Positions 1-10,814 of a stretch of DNA of 64,000 nucleotides are shown here, piece by piece (the first letter of the stretch is position 1; every line of letters begins with the position of its first letter). The stretch spans positions 58,008 through 122,007 of the forward strand of contig LCPQ01000001.1 of assembly GCA_001003705.1 (NCBI GenBank). Reading direction: 5' to 3'. The DNA is from Parcubacteria group bacterium GW2011_GWA2_48_9 (lineage in GTDB: Bacteria > Patescibacteriota > Patescibacteriia > UBA10025). The position numbers were made by a program, and so were the translations under genes. Below the pieces are notes generated by a model. The model did no database searches. It saw only the letters and a list, made by a program, of their open reading frames with translations, and was not told where the DNA came from.

Positions 1-2
1 GA

Positions 3-503
3 AAGGAAATGGATTTTATCGGAGAAAAAACATTTGATGCGGTACCGGCAAAAGTTATCGGAAAAAACGTTTTTCCAGCTCCGCCATCTCTTCTAGTAAA
101 CAGGGGAGCGAGTGTAGGTATTTCTAGTGGCTCCGCTGTTATTACTGATGACGGTGTAATCATTGGTCGCGTCACAGATGTAACCTCCACAACTTCCTTA
201 ATCAGTCTTATTACCGATCCACAGAGTGAATTTGCGGCAAAAGTACAAAATGAAACCCTGAGCACTGGGATACTTCTTGGCTCACACGGTTTAGGCCTTC
301 AAATAATCAGAATTCCTTACGACCACTCACTGCTTACCGACCAACGTGTAGTAACAGCGGGTACCGAGGAAGGAATCCCACCGGACCTGTACGTAGGCAC
401 AATAGAATCTATACAGTACACGGAGGGGGAGCTTTTTCAATCGGCTGTCGTCGAGCCAGCAATTGATTTTGAAAATGTCAGTATTGTAGCAATAATACGC
501 TAG
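3..503 (+). CDS. mreC: Rod shape-determining protein MreC (5' part outside window)
   Basis: Frame open from the window edge; VIIGRV, SLITDP, VVTAG, IPPDLYVGTI, VEPAIDF motifs; followed by mreD-like gene and PBP2. Confidence 0.9.
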   Translation, partial: KEMDFIGEKTFDAVPAKVIGKNVFPAPPSLLVNRGASVGISSGSAVITDDGVIIGRVTDVTSTTSLISLITDPQSEFAAKVQNETLSTGILLGSHGLGLQIIRIPYDHSLLTDQRVVTAGTEEGIPPDLYVGTIESIQYTEGELFQSAVVEPAIDFENVSIVAIIR

Positions 504-518
504 CTCACAAAAAAAGTA

Positions 519-1049
519 ATGCGAACCGTAATATTTGTTGCAATCTTCGCTGCAATTGTAGCAATCACGCAGATAAGCTTTGTGTCCCAGAGCTCTTTCT
601 TAAGTACCTACACTCATCTTGCCTTGCTGACTTCCACGCTAGTAACAATATTTCTCAACCCAAAAGTTTCTGTGCCGTTCGTAGTTCTAGTGGGTATATT
701 TCTCGATGGGGTCACCACATTACCCATGGGTACTATGACTATTGCTCTTTCTGCATCAACTATAATCATTTGTTTCATTTTAAAGCCCTTGCTCCGAAAC
801 AAGTACATTCTTGTCTTGGTCACCACGGTTGTTGGGCCTAGCATACTTACGTTAGTTGCTTGGCTATTTGATAAGCTTTTTGCATGGTTTGGTGGTGCGG
901 GTACCCATCTCATCATGGGACAACAATTACTGCACCAGCTTTTATCAATTACGTCTGGTAACCTCGTTCTTTCAATTATTGTGCTGTTGGTAGGGAAGGT
1001 ATCGAGTGAATACATATCAAAGCGCTTTATTAAAGTTCAATCGCAGTGA
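519..1049 (+). CDS. mreD: Rod shape-determining protein MreD-like membrane protein
   Basis: Hydrophobic 176 aa with GIFLD motif, located between mreC and PBP2. Confidence 0.7.
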   Translation: MRTVIFVAIFAAIVAITQISFVSQSSFLSTYTHLALLTSTLVTIFLNPKVSVPFVVLVGIFLDGVTTLPMGTMTIALSASTIIICFILKPLLRNKYILVLVTTVVGPSILTLVAWLFDKLFAWFGGAGTHLIMGQQLLHQLLSITSGNLVLSIIVLLVGKVSSEYISKRFIKVQSQ

Positions 1050-2989
1050 AGAACCCATTTATCATCGATGCAGATAGACAAAAGTCCATTAAGCACCGCG
1101 AAGTTGCTAGCTTCAGCCGTGATCGCGTTATAGGTACGGAAGTTCCCTGGATATTTCCAGAAACAGATTCAATCCGTATGCATACCGACGAAAAAAGAGT
1201 TCATTGGCTTTTTTTTCTCGGTATAGTAGTATTCAGTATACTCTTGTACCGCACAGCCTCGCTTCAAATTGCTTCTGGCGACCAGTACAGACTTTGGGCG
1301 GAGCAGAATCGAATTCGTATTCAGTCTGTCATAGCTCCCCGCGGGATAATTTTTGATAGGATGAATAAAGAACTGGTTAAGAACATCCCAAATTTTCAAC
1401 TCTTGTTAATCCCCGCAGACCTTCCTCGAGGTGCTGATCAATTAGCCGATGTTATTAATAACCTCACCCCCTACAGCGGACTGTCGTCCGATGATTTAGA
1501 AAACCTCATTGGCAATGCCGATAGTTCATCATACCAGCCGCTGCTCATTCGAGAGCACGTCCCGCATGACGAGGCAGTCGTTATTGAAATCGCGACACGC
1601 GACATTCCGGGAGTACACACGGAGATTACGGCATCGAGAGAGTATGTATACGATGACCAGCTAGCGCACGTACTTGGATATACCGGTAAGCTTACTGAAA
1701 AGGAGTATGAAAGTGTTCTCTCGGAAGGTGCGCAATATGAACTAAATGAAGTAACCGGTAAAAGCGGCATCGAAAAGTCATATGAGAATATACTCAGGGG
1801 AATAAATGGAAAACGTGAAGTTGAGGTAGATGCCCTTGGAAAAGTGCAAAGACTTATTACTGATTCACCCCCTACTCCTGGAAATAATCTCACACTTACC
1901 ATTGATGCTGCCCTACAATCTGAGTTATCACGGCGCATATCAGAGCAACTTGCACATCTTCCAAACTCCACAGGTGCTGCCGCTGTAGTACTCGACCCTC
2001 GTTCAGGTTCGATACTGGCCCTCGCTTCGCAGCCGAGTTATTCCTCAAACGCATTTATCACGGGCCAATCGGATGAGGAATACCAGGATCTTATTAATGA
2101 TCCCAAGAATCCACTTTTTTTTCGCACTATCAGCGGCGAATACCCTTCCGGTTCGGTCATTAAGCCAATTATTGCAGCGGCAGCACTCGAGGAGGGTATC
2201 GTTAATTCCAAAACTACTTTTTTAAGTACTGGCGGCGTTTCTGTTGGGCCTTGGTTTTTTCCAGATTGGAAAGCTGGTGGCCACGGAGTTACCGATGTTA
2301 AAAAGGCTATCGCAGAATCCGTCAATACCTTTTTTTACCTTGTTGGTGGCGGCGATAATGTAACAACGACCGGCCTTGGTGTTGAACGAATTCGAGAATA
2401 CGGAGAACGATTCGGCTTGTCGCACCCGTTGGGAATCGATTTACTCGGCGAGGCGTCTGGTTTTTTGCCCTCGAAACAGTGGAAAGAGGACACAAAAGGT
2501 GAGCCATGGTATATTGGCGATACGTATCATCTTTCAATCGGTCAAGGTGATCTTCTCGTCACACCCTTACAGGTCGCAAGCTACACGGCAACTATCGCAA
2601 ACGGTGGAACCCTGTACCAGCCATATCTCGTTAACGAAGTAAAAGATTCAACAGGAAGAATAATCTCACAACACGCAAAGAAGATACTTTCTTCGGGCTT
2701 TGTAAGCCCCGCAAATATTCAAATTGTACGAGAGGGCATGCGATCAGGGGTAACTTCAGGAAGTTCACAACAACTAGCATCCCTACCTTTTACAACGGCG
2801 GGCAAAACAGGCACTGCGCAGTTTGGTGCAGACTCAAAAACTCACGCGTGGTTTACTGCATTTGCGCCGTATGAGAACCCAGAAATCGTTATCACGGTAC
2901 TTGTGGAGGCGGGTGGAGAGGGCCATGCAGCAGCGCTGCCAATAGCTAAGGAAATCCTTTCATGGTGGTATGAAAATGCTCGCTTGTAA
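1046..2989 (+). CDS. mrdA: Penicillin-binding protein 2 (class B transpeptidase)
   Basis: APRGIIFDR, SxxK (GSVIKP), SxN (SVN), KTG (GKTGTA) motifs; N-terminal TM helix. Confidence 0.95.
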   Translation: MKNPFIIDADRQKSIKHREVASFSRDRVIGTEVPWIFPETDSIRMHTDEKRVHWLFFLGIVVFSILLYRTASLQIASGDQYRLWAEQNRIRIQSVIAPRGIIFDRMNKELVKNIPNFQLLLIPADLPRGADQLADVINNLTPYSGLSSDDLENLIGNADSSSYQPLLIREHVPHDEAVVIEIATRDIPGVHTEITASREYVYDDQLAHVLGYTGKLTEKEYESVLSEGAQYELNEVTGKSGIEKSYENILRGINGKREVEVDALGKVQRLITDSPPTPGNNLTLTIDAALQSELSRRISEQLAHLPNSTGAAAVVLDPRSGSILALASQPSYSSNAFITGQSDEEYQDLINDPKNPLFFRTISGEYPSGSVIKPIIAAAALEEGIVNSKTTFLSTGGVSVGPWFFPDWKAGGHGVTDVKKAIAESVNTFFYLVGGGDNVTTTGLGVERIREYGERFGLSHPLGIDLLGEASGFLPSKQWKEDTKGEPWYIGDTYHLSIGQGDLLVTPLQVASYTATIANGGTLYQPYLVNEVKDSTGRIISQHAKKILSSGFVSPANIQIVREGMRSGVTSGSSQQLASLPFTTAGKTGTAQFGADSKTHAWFTAFAPYENPEIVITVLVEAGGEGHAAALPIAKEILSWWYENARL

Positions 2990-2991
2990 TG

Positions 2992-3034
2992 TGTGGATAA
3001 CTCTCTTGACACTACGGCCACGCGCGACTATCAT
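2992..3034 (+). promoter_or_regulatory. DnaA box (TGTGGATAA) plus sigma70 promoter TTGACA-N17-TATCAT for greA
   Basis: TGTGGATAA 2992-3000, TTGACA 3006-3011, TATCAT 3029-3034. Confidence 0.7.
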
Positions 3035-3112
3035 CGATTAAGTAAGTTTTCGAAATTCAAACTAAAACTCTATCACCGAGATCCGTACTATAAATAGGAT
3101 CATCGGCTTAGA

Positions 3113-3589
3113 ATGGTACTTATGGATAAAAAAACCTATTTAACAGGCGAGGGCTTCAAGAAAGTCATACGTGAGCTCGATGAACTGAAGAATGTAAAAA
3201 GGAAGGTTATTGCTGAACGAATACAGGACGCAAAAGAACTCGGAGATTTATCGGAAAACGCAGAATACGCTGAAGCAAAGAATGAGCAGTCTTTTACTGA
3301 GGGGCGGATAGCTGAACTTGAAACAATAGTAAAAAATGCTGAGATTATAGACAGTTCTAAACTTACAGCTGTTTCTGTTGAGGTTGGCAATACAGTGAAA
3401 CTGAAAGCGGAAGAAAATATCAGCCGTGAGTTTTCAATTGTTGGATCCAATGAAGCCGATCCGAATACAGGGCGCATCTCTAATGAATCACCACTTGGAC
3501 AAGCAATGCTTGGGAAAAGAGTTGGTGAGGAGGTAGTGATTTTTACCCCCGGTGGAAGAATCTCATACACCATCGAGTCGATTATTTGA
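3113..3589 (+). CDS. greA: Transcription elongation factor GreA
   Basis: GDLSENAEY and ISNESPLG motifs. Confidence 0.97.
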   Translation: MVLMDKKTYLTGEGFKKVIRELDELKNVKRKVIAERIQDAKELGDLSENAEYAEAKNEQSFTEGRIAELETIVKNAEIIDSSKLTAVSVEVGNTVKLKAEENISREFSIVGSNEADPNTGRISNESPLGQAMLGKRVGEEVVIFTPGGRISYTIESII

Positions 3590-3636
3590 ATTAATAACTT
3601 GATGACGCTCATAGAAGAAAGTAGCGGTTTTTTGTA

Positions 3637-3665
3637 TTGCCAGTAAGTCATTCAGGTGGTACTAT
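3637..3665 (+). promoter_or_regulatory. sigma70-type promoter for lysS
   Basis: TTGCCA-N17-TACTAT with extended -10 TG, 20 nt before ATG 3686. Confidence 0.55.
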
Positions 3666-3685
3666 ATTGTAAAGAAGTTAACCCT

Positions 3686-5158
3686 ATGATTGAACACCGG
3701 ACAGAGCGCGCCACCAGAGAGCAAAGAAGGAAAGCTCTCATTGAAAGAGGTTATAATCCGTATCCTGCTAGAGTTGCTCGTACGCATCAGTGCCGTGAGG
3801 TCGAAGTTAACTTTGATGCATTGGAGTCAAGTGCAGAACGAATCAGTATTACTGGCCGAATAAGATCATTGCGAAAACACGGCGGGTCATGTTTTCTTGA
3901 TCTTGAAGACCAGAGTGGACGACTTCAGGTTTTTGTAAAAAAAGATTCAGTCGGTGATTCTACCTATTCTCTCCTAGTAGATTTCACTGACGTTGGCGAC
4001 TTTGCAGAAATTTCCGGTACGGCATATCGCACCCAGCGTGGTGAAAAATCACTTCTTGCGCAAACCTACAGAATTATCAGTAAATCCCTTGAACCGCTTC
4101 CTGAAAAATGGCACGGGCTTTCAGACGTTGAAGTACGTTATCGGAAAAGGTATTTAGATCTACTGGCCAATTCTGAGATAAAAACAGTTTTTAAAAAACG
4201 CGATCTCATAATGAGGGCAGTGAGAAAATTTTTGGAAGCAGAGCAATGCATGGAAGTCGAAACTCCAGTGTTGCAGCCGATTCCCGGAGGCGCGCTGGCG
4301 CGCCCATTTACTACTCACCATAACGCGCTTGGCAGTGATTTCTATCTTCGTGTGGCTCCAGAGTTGTACCTTAAACGGCTTATTGTCGGAGGTTTTGAAA
4401 AAGTATACGAAGTAGCCCGCTGTTTTAGGAATGAAGGTGTCGACCATTCCCACAATCCTGAATTCACTCAAGTAGAATGCTATATCGCCTATATGGACTA
4501 TGAGAAATTAATGGAATTTATTGAGCAGTTGATAGCGAGTACAGTTACTGCTGTTACCGGAGAACTTAAAACTGAGTTTGAGGGACACATGATAGAATTC
4601 TTTGCACCTTTTCAACGGATTACATTTCGAGACGCATTACAAAAATACGCGAAAATTGATATTGATAAGTTCCCAGAAACCTCCTCACTCCACAAAGAAC
4701 TTTTACGAAGGGATTTCCGGGTTGAACCAGGGTGGCAAAGGGCTGAAATGATGGATGAGCTCTTAAAAGACTTTGTGCGTCCCGCGCTCATTCAGCCAAC
4801 ATTCATCTATCGATACCCGGTTGAATTATCACCACTTTCAAAAAAAACTGAGGATGATCAGCGTTACGTCGAGCGATTTCAGCTTTTCTGTGCAGGAAAA
4901 GAAATAGTTAATGCATTTTCAGAAATAAACGATGCTATCGACCAGCGTGAACGATTTACGGACCAGGATAGGCGGCGAGCACAGGGTAATGAAGAACTGC
5001 ACAGAATTGATGAAGAATTCCTTGATGCACTTGCACACGGCATGCCGCCGACAGCAGGATTCGGGCTGGGGATAGACAGACTAACAAACATTTTAACAAA
5101 TACACACTCAATTAAAGAAGTGATTTTCTTTCCTACGTTAAAGCCGAGTGCGCAATGA
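3686..5158 (+). CDS. lysS: Lysyl-tRNA synthetase (class II)
   Basis: RYRKRYLDL, FRNEG, HNPEFT, GMPPTAGFGLGIDRL motifs. Confidence 0.97.
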   Translation: MIEHRTERATREQRRKALIERGYNPYPARVARTHQCREVEVNFDALESSAERISITGRIRSLRKHGGSCFLDLEDQSGRLQVFVKKDSVGDSTYSLLVDFTDVGDFAEISGTAYRTQRGEKSLLAQTYRIISKSLEPLPEKWHGLSDVEVRYRKRYLDLLANSEIKTVFKKRDLIMRAVRKFLEAEQCMEVETPVLQPIPGGALARPFTTHHNALGSDFYLRVAPELYLKRLIVGGFEKVYEVARCFRNEGVDHSHNPEFTQVECYIAYMDYEKLMEFIEQLIASTVTAVTGELKTEFEGHMIEFFAPFQRITFRDALQKYAKIDIDKFPETSSLHKELLRRDFRVEPGWQRAEMMDELLKDFVRPALIQPTFIYRYPVELSPLSKKTEDDQRYVERFQLFCAGKEIVNAFSEINDAIDQRERFTDQDRRRAQGNEELHRIDEEFLDALAHGMPPTAGFGLGIDRLTNILTNTHSIKEVIFFPTLKPSAQ

Positions 5159-5712
5159 CCCCTTCCCGTAGTGAGGCATGGAAACTACTAAATGAGTTTA
5201 CAAAATCGCCAAGTCTTATTAAGCATATGATTGCCGTGGAGGCGGCTATGCGTGCATATGCGAAAAAATTTAATGCAGACCAGGACTGGTGGGGGATAGT
5301 CGGACTACTGCACGACTTTGACTACGAGCGCTACCCTGACCTGAAGGATCATCCGTTTCAAGGTGCGGAAGTTTTAAGAAAGCATAAATACCCTGAGGGC
5401 ATTATTCACGCTATTCTTGCGCATGCACCACATACAGGGGAGCCGAGAGACTCGCTTGCGAAGAAGGCCATCTACGCTGTCGATGAATTATGCGGGTTTA
5501 TAGTCGCAGTTACATTGGTTCGTCCGTCAAAACATTTGAGTGACGTGAGCGTCGAGTCTGTTAAAAAGAAAATGAAGGACAAGGCATTTGCGCGCCAGGT
5601 CAGCCGTGAAGACATTGTTCAGGGAGCCGAAGAACTCGAGATGCCGCTGAATGATCACATAGCTACGGTACTATTATCGATGCAAGGTGTAGCCAGTGAA
5701 CTGGGGTTATGA
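5155..5712 (+). CDS. HD-domain (HDIG) metal-dependent phosphohydrolase
   Basis: KHMIAVEAAM, GLLHDFDYE, DELCGF, KDKAFAR motifs. Confidence 0.85.
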   Translation: MTPSRSEAWKLLNEFTKSPSLIKHMIAVEAAMRAYAKKFNADQDWWGIVGLLHDFDYERYPDLKDHPFQGAEVLRKHKYPEGIIHAILAHAPHTGEPRDSLAKKAIYAVDELCGFIVAVTLVRPSKHLSDVSVESVKKKMKDKAFARQVSREDIVQGAEELEMPLNDHIATVLLSMQGVASELGL

Positions 5713-5829
5713 GAAACAGGTAGTAGCCCCATATCCTTTGCCCATGCGGTATTCTAGTACGAGTCAAAAAAATACACGGGCAGGTTCGGAAGACTGCGAA
5801 GCGAAATCCAATAAGCAAGTAATATACAT

Positions 5830-7104
5830 ATGCTCGATATTAAATACATAAGACAGCAGCGAGCCGAAGTGATACAGAGTTTGGCTACAAGAAAAGTACG
5901 CGCTGATAGAATCGAATTAGTCATGCAGTTAGATGAGAATCATCGGCAGCTCCTCCAGAAGCTTGAGGATATTCGCGCCGAAAAAAATACCATTTCTAAG
6001 TCGATTACGTCATTAAGCCCTAAGGAAAAATCTCGCGTGCTTCAACGCATGGCAGACCGTTCGAAAGAAGAAAAAAAACTGGAGCAAAACACTGCTGAAA
6101 TTGAATCCAAGCGAATAGAAGCGCTTGGTGCATTACCAAACCTCCCTCATCAGAGTGTTCCCGTCGGAAATGACCAATCTCAAAATAAAGTCGTAAAAAC
6201 TGTTGGAAACAAACCTGACCTTGGATTCACCCCACTTGACTACATTACACTGAGTGAACGCCATGGACTTATTGACATTGTTCGCGCTGCAAAAATAAGT
6301 GGTTCACGATTCGGATATCTTACTGGCAATGGCGCACAACTTTGGTTCGCGCTCATGCAATACACTTTTGACATACTCCGTTCGAACGGCTTTTCATTTT
6401 TTTTCCCCCCCGTACTGGTAAAAAAACAAATAATGGAAAATACCGGTTACGATTCATATATTGAGGGCCAGGAGGCATACTACATCGAAAAAGATGATTT
6501 ATTTCTCATAGGGACGGGTGAACATGCGCTTGTGCCGTATCACAGCGGAGAAACATTGCCATCAGAGACCCTCCCGCGCCTTTATGCGGCATACTCGACG
6601 TGCTTTCGGAGAGAGGCGGGAAGCTACGGTAAGGACACAAAAGGTATTATGCGTGTACACCAGTTCGATAAAATTGAAATGGTTATTATCACGGATCCAG
6701 ACACCTCTTGGGACCAATTCGATAAGCTAGTAGAAATACAGGAACGCATAGTCACGGGACTCAAACTACCATATCATTTACTGGAGGTATGTACTGGTGA
6801 TCTTCCAAAACCGTCAGCAAAAGTTATTGACCTCGAGTGTTGGGTTCCATCTGAAGGACGCTATCGAGAAACCCATTCGGCTTCAAATTGCACCGATTAC
6901 CAGGCGCGTCGCAACATGATTAGATGTAAGGAGTCGGATCAACCAACGTCATTCGTTCACATTCTGAATGCTACGGCGATCACCCCGCGTACGCTTGTTG
7001 CCATCATTGAAAATTATCAGCTTGCTGACGGTTCAATACAGATACCACAAGCACTCCAACCGTACTTTGCGGGAAAATTAGTACTCACCCCTTCGACAAA
7101 ATAA
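5830..7104 (+). CDS. serS: Seryl-tRNA synthetase
   Basis: MLDIKYIR start, CFRREAGSYGKDTKGIMRVHQFDK, SNCTDYQARR. Confidence 0.97.
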   Translation: MLDIKYIRQQRAEVIQSLATRKVRADRIELVMQLDENHRQLLQKLEDIRAEKNTISKSITSLSPKEKSRVLQRMADRSKEEKKLEQNTAEIESKRIEALGALPNLPHQSVPVGNDQSQNKVVKTVGNKPDLGFTPLDYITLSERHGLIDIVRAAKISGSRFGYLTGNGAQLWFALMQYTFDILRSNGFSFFFPPVLVKKQIMENTGYDSYIEGQEAYYIEKDDLFLIGTGEHALVPYHSGETLPSETLPRLYAAYSTCFRREAGSYGKDTKGIMRVHQFDKIEMVIITDPDTSWDQFDKLVEIQERIVTGLKLPYHLLEVCTGDLPKPSAKVIDLECWVPSEGRYRETHSASNCTDYQARRNMIRCKESDQPTSFVHILNATAITPRTLVAIIENYQLADGSIQIPQALQPYFAGKLVLTPSTK

Positions 7105-7116
7105 ATTTGCTTGTGC

Positions 7117-8256
7117 ATGGCTACGAATACTACTTGGGTTGAAATTTCTCGACAGGCACTTAAGCACAACGTACAACTTTTTCAGGCTATGCTACGTCGA
7201 TCAGGATCGACGCTCATGGCAGTGGTGAAGTCAAACGCCTACGGCCATGGAATATCCGAGACTGCTCGAATTACTCAAGCATTGGGAGTTCGATGGTTTG
7301 GTGTTGCTGACACGAAAGAAGCGTTATTCCTAAGGAAAGAAGGGATTAGGTCGCGAATCCTCGTTTTGAGCTTCATCCAGCGAGATCTTGTTGCACATGC
7401 ACTTAAATCAAATATATCTTTACCGGTACACGATTATTCTATGGCGCTGATAATTTCTCGCATAGCTGTACGTACAAGGCATAAAGCGAATATTCATATT
7501 AAGATTGACACTGGCACTCATAGACTGGGAATAGCTGCCACCGACGCACTACATATTGTGCAGCGAATCTTGAAATTGCCCAACATTAACTTGGAGGGCT
7601 TTTTCACTCACTTCGCTGATTCAGAAAATCCGGACCAGCAATTTACAAACAAACAAACTGCCATTTTCAATAGTACCATCCAAGAAATGAAACGTAACGG
7701 AATTATAAGTAAAATGTGCCATGCTGCCTGCAGTGCTTCTACGCTCCTCAATAGGTCCTCACATATGAATCTTGCGAGAGTGGGTCTATCACTCTACGGC
7801 CTTTCTCCTCTGGAAAAAGAGCACCTTTCAATATCTCATAAGTTACGGCCCGTGCTTTCATGGAAAACAAGAATTATACAGGTTAAAACGGTTGTGAAGG
7901 GCGATACCATCGGTTATGGAAGAACGTTTCGTGTAAAGCACAAAATGCGCATAGCAACGATCGCTGTTGGTTACTGGGATGGTTATGACCGTAAGCTCTC
8001 AAATACCGGGAGGGTACTAGTACATGGGGCATACGCACCACTCATTGGAAGGGTGTGTATGAATGTATCCATGGTCGACGTCACTAACATTACTTCCTGT
8101 AAAGCTGGCGATGAGGTAGTCTTACTTGGCTCCCCTCGTAGAAGTAAATACGCGAGTAGGGGAGTCACTGCGGGGGAATTAGCTAGGAAGATAGGAACTA
8201 TCAACTACGAGGTAGTGACGCGGATTAACCCGCTGCTTCCGAGAATAATTGTGTAA
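7117..8256 (+). CDS. alr: Alanine racemase
   Basis: AVVKSNAYGHG PLP-lysine motif, KIDTGTHRLG, GRVCMN. Confidence 0.96.
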   Translation: MATNTTWVEISRQALKHNVQLFQAMLRRSGSTLMAVVKSNAYGHGISETARITQALGVRWFGVADTKEALFLRKEGIRSRILVLSFIQRDLVAHALKSNISLPVHDYSMALIISRIAVRTRHKANIHIKIDTGTHRLGIAATDALHIVQRILKLPNINLEGFFTHFADSENPDQQFTNKQTAIFNSTIQEMKRNGIISKMCHAACSASTLLNRSSHMNLARVGLSLYGLSPLEKEHLSISHKLRPVLSWKTRIIQVKTVVKGDTIGYGRTFRVKHKMRIATIAVGYWDGYDRKLSNTGRVLVHGAYAPLIGRVCMNVSMVDVTNITSCKAGDEVVLLGSPRRSKYASRGVTAGELARKIGTINYEVVTRINPLLPRIIV

Positions 8257-8267
8257 TAACCACATCC

Positions 8268-9395
8268 ATGCCAACAAAGAAATTACGAACCATTGCAGTC
8301 ATCTTCGGTGGACGGACTCCCGAACATGAAGTATCCATCGTATCAGCGCGTTCAGTAATAGAAGGACTCAAAATTACAGGCAATACGGTCGTACCCATTG
8401 GCATAACAAAAGAAGGACAGTGGCTTTTGGGAAGTGAAGCCCAAAAACTCCTCGAGGGAGCTGCACCGGACATGGAACACGCAACTGAGGGTACTATTCT
8501 TCCAGTCCCTATTGATGGGACATTCGCTTCTTCGGTCGCCCCGCGCATAAGAACACTAAAATCGCTTGATGTTGTTTTCCCAGTTATTCATGGCCCACTG
8601 GGAGAAGATGGATCGCTCCAAGGACTTTTTGAACTTGCAAACTTACCCTACGTAGGTGCTAACGTCCTTGGATCAGCAGTCGGCATGGACAAGGCAGTGA
8701 TGAAACGGCTCTTTATTGTTGCTGGCCTTCCAGTAGCAGAGTTCATAACCTTCGTAAAAGGGGAGTGGCTGAGAGACCGGAGAACAATCCTGAAAGAACT
8801 CTCGCAACTTACGTATCCTCTGTTTGTAAAGCCAGCAAATATGGGGTCATCAGTAGGTATATCGAAAGTACATGACCATAAACAACTCGCAAAAGCAATT
8901 GCACTAGCTCTAACGTACGATAGAAAAGTCCTTGTTGAAAAAGCCTTAAAGGGAGCGCGTGACATTGAATGCTCGGTCGTTGGCAATGATTTCCCTAAGT
9001 CGTCAATTCCGGGTGAAGTAGTCTCATCAAACGAATTTTATGATTATGACGCAAAATACGTTGACGGAAAGTCTCAAGCAATAATTCCTGCCCGGCTTCC
9101 TAAGGCAATGATGCGGAAAATTCAAGATATGGCGATTCAAGCGTTCCAGGCAATAGACCTGTGCGGTATGGCTCGCGTTGACTTTCTTGTTCACGGAAAA
9201 ACAATTTGGGTCAATGAAGTGAACACTATCCCTGGCTTCACCCCCATCAGTATGTACCCAAAACTTTGGGATGCGTCAGGAATTTCATACCCGCGACTAC
9301 TCGATGAGCTTGTCACGCTTGCAATCGAGCGACACAAAGAAAAGCAAGGGCTCAGCAGAACGTACGCGCCAAAAGTTGCGTGGCATAAAAAGTAA
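8268..9395 (+). CDS. ddl: D-alanine--D-alanine ligase
   Basis: FGGRTPEHEVS, HGPLGEDG, GSSVGI, NEVNTIPGFT motifs. Confidence 0.96.
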   Translation: MPTKKLRTIAVIFGGRTPEHEVSIVSARSVIEGLKITGNTVVPIGITKEGQWLLGSEAQKLLEGAAPDMEHATEGTILPVPIDGTFASSVAPRIRTLKSLDVVFPVIHGPLGEDGSLQGLFELANLPYVGANVLGSAVGMDKAVMKRLFIVAGLPVAEFITFVKGEWLRDRRTILKELSQLTYPLFVKPANMGSSVGISKVHDHKQLAKAIALALTYDRKVLVEKALKGARDIECSVVGNDFPKSSIPGEVVSSNEFYDYDAKYVDGKSQAIIPARLPKAMMRKIQDMAIQAFQAIDLCGMARVDFLVHGKTIWVNEVNTIPGFTPISMYPKLWDASGISYPRLLDELVTLAIERHKEKQGLSRTYAPKVAWHKK

Positions 9396-9414
9396 ACTAT
9401 CCTTTCTGTAACTA

Positions 9415-10263
9415 ATGCGTTGGTCTTACCGATATAGAAAAAACCCAATATCAGCCCGGAAAGCGGATACGGTGGGGGATACTCGCCGTGCTCACGGTCA
9501 AAAACAACTTTTTGGGAAAAAGTTAGGCTCGTATTCGTTAATGCTGGTACTCGATGCAGCGCTTCTTATTGTGTACGTATTTCTTTATTCTCCCTTGCTT
9601 GTCATAGACCAACTGCACATATCCGGTGGCGAAAATGTGTCAGAAGCAGTGATCCAAACACTAGTACGTGATTACAATAAAACACTACGATTCGGGATTA
9701 TTCCACAAACAAACCTACTGGCATTTTCTGCTTCTAGTTTTAAAGATTACGTCTCGGAACAATTTGACTTTGAGGAAATCTCCGTGCAAAAAAAACTTTT
9801 TCATACGCTGACTATCAATGTAAAGGAGAAGTCGCCTTTCGCACTTTTTTATTCGGTAGATAGGAAATTTCTTATAGAAAAAAACGGATTTATAGCAGGG
9901 GAGTACACGGGAGATATTGGAAATGAACAAGCGTTTCAAAAAATAGTGGAGGAGGTTGCACTTGGCGAACCAAAAGTAGCCGATCAGCTTGTTTCACCCG
10001 ATACAGCACTCTTTATGCAGGGTTTCCCCGCAAAACTGTCCGGTGATGCAGGACTGACGTTTTCCGAGTGGACTATACCGTCGCGTGATTCTCAACGCCT
10101 ACATGCGCGCGTCTCTGACGGGTGGTATATAGTTTTTCAAATGCAAAAGGATCTTACGCAACAATATCAGAATTTTCTGACTATTTGGAACGAGAAGCTT
10201 GCTGTTAATCCACCAAGTGAGTACGTCGATGTTCGCATAACCGATAGGGTATTCTTTAAATAA
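9415..10263 (+). CDS. Cell division protein FtsQ/DivIB-like
   Basis: Single N-terminal TM, POTRA-like region, C-terminal EYVDVRITDRVF. Confidence 0.75.
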   Translation: MRWSYRYRKNPISARKADTVGDTRRAHGQKQLFGKKLGSYSLMLVLDAALLIVYVFLYSPLLVIDQLHISGGENVSEAVIQTLVRDYNKTLRFGIIPQTNLLAFSASSFKDYVSEQFDFEEISVQKKLFHTLTINVKEKSPFALFYSVDRKFLIEKNGFIAGEYTGDIGNEQAFQKIVEEVALGEPKVADQLVSPDTALFMQGFPAKLSGDAGLTFSEWTIPSRDSQRLHARVSDGWYIVFQMQKDLTQQYQNFLTIWNEKLAVNPPSEYVDVRITDRVFFK

Positions 10264-10272
10264 GCACGCCAC

Positions 10273-10722
10273 ATGCTTTTACTTGCACACATTGTTGCTG
10301 GCTCATCTATCGGGGTACTGGCAAAAAACGGCGGGGAAGCGTTCGCTCTGGGCATGATCTCACATTTTGTAATGGATACGCTTCCTCACTGGAACTATAT
10401 CCTACGCGTCCCAATTACTCTCAAAAAGATTGTTGCCTACAGTCCTGACGTACTTACTCCATTGATCGTATTTTGGTGCTTTGTGACAGCCTTTCCAGAG
10501 CAGTCGGGGATAATTACACTCGCTACGCTAGGAGCCGTATTTCCAGACATAATCTCAATGATAGCTTTAGTATCAAAAACCTTAAGGGCTACGGTAGTAA
10601 TTCGTGTATTTCAAAAATTTCACAGTTCGATTCAATGGGAAATCGGTATATTGCCCGGCATGACAGTACAAGTGTTCGCTACTGCTGCCATACTACTTGC
10701 CACGAGGGTTTGGTACCCATAA
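10273..10722 (+). CDS. Membrane protein, putative metal-dependent hydrolase
   Basis: HxxxG, SHFVMDTLPH, PD and FH motifs within TM segments. Confidence 0.55.
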   Translation: MLLLAHIVAGSSIGVLAKNGGEAFALGMISHFVMDTLPHWNYILRVPITLKKIVAYSPDVLTPLIVFWCFVTAFPEQSGIITLATLGAVFPDIISMIALVSKTLRATVVIRVFQKFHSSIQWEIGILPGMTVQVFATAAILLATRVWYP

Positions 10723-10814
10723 TACTCGAAATGATTGTGTCTTGGTTCGTCTAAGATATATTGTGCGACGCATGATACTGTAAATATAAGAAGCGCTATA
10801 TTGATCCCCTTGCG

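Noticed and set aside
5713-5829. Possible SRP RNA or T-box upstream of serS (GCAGGTTCGGAAGACTGC hairpin)
   Set aside because: Has a GGAA loop but lacks the SRP internal-loop consensus and long stem; no T-box GGTGGNACC motif.
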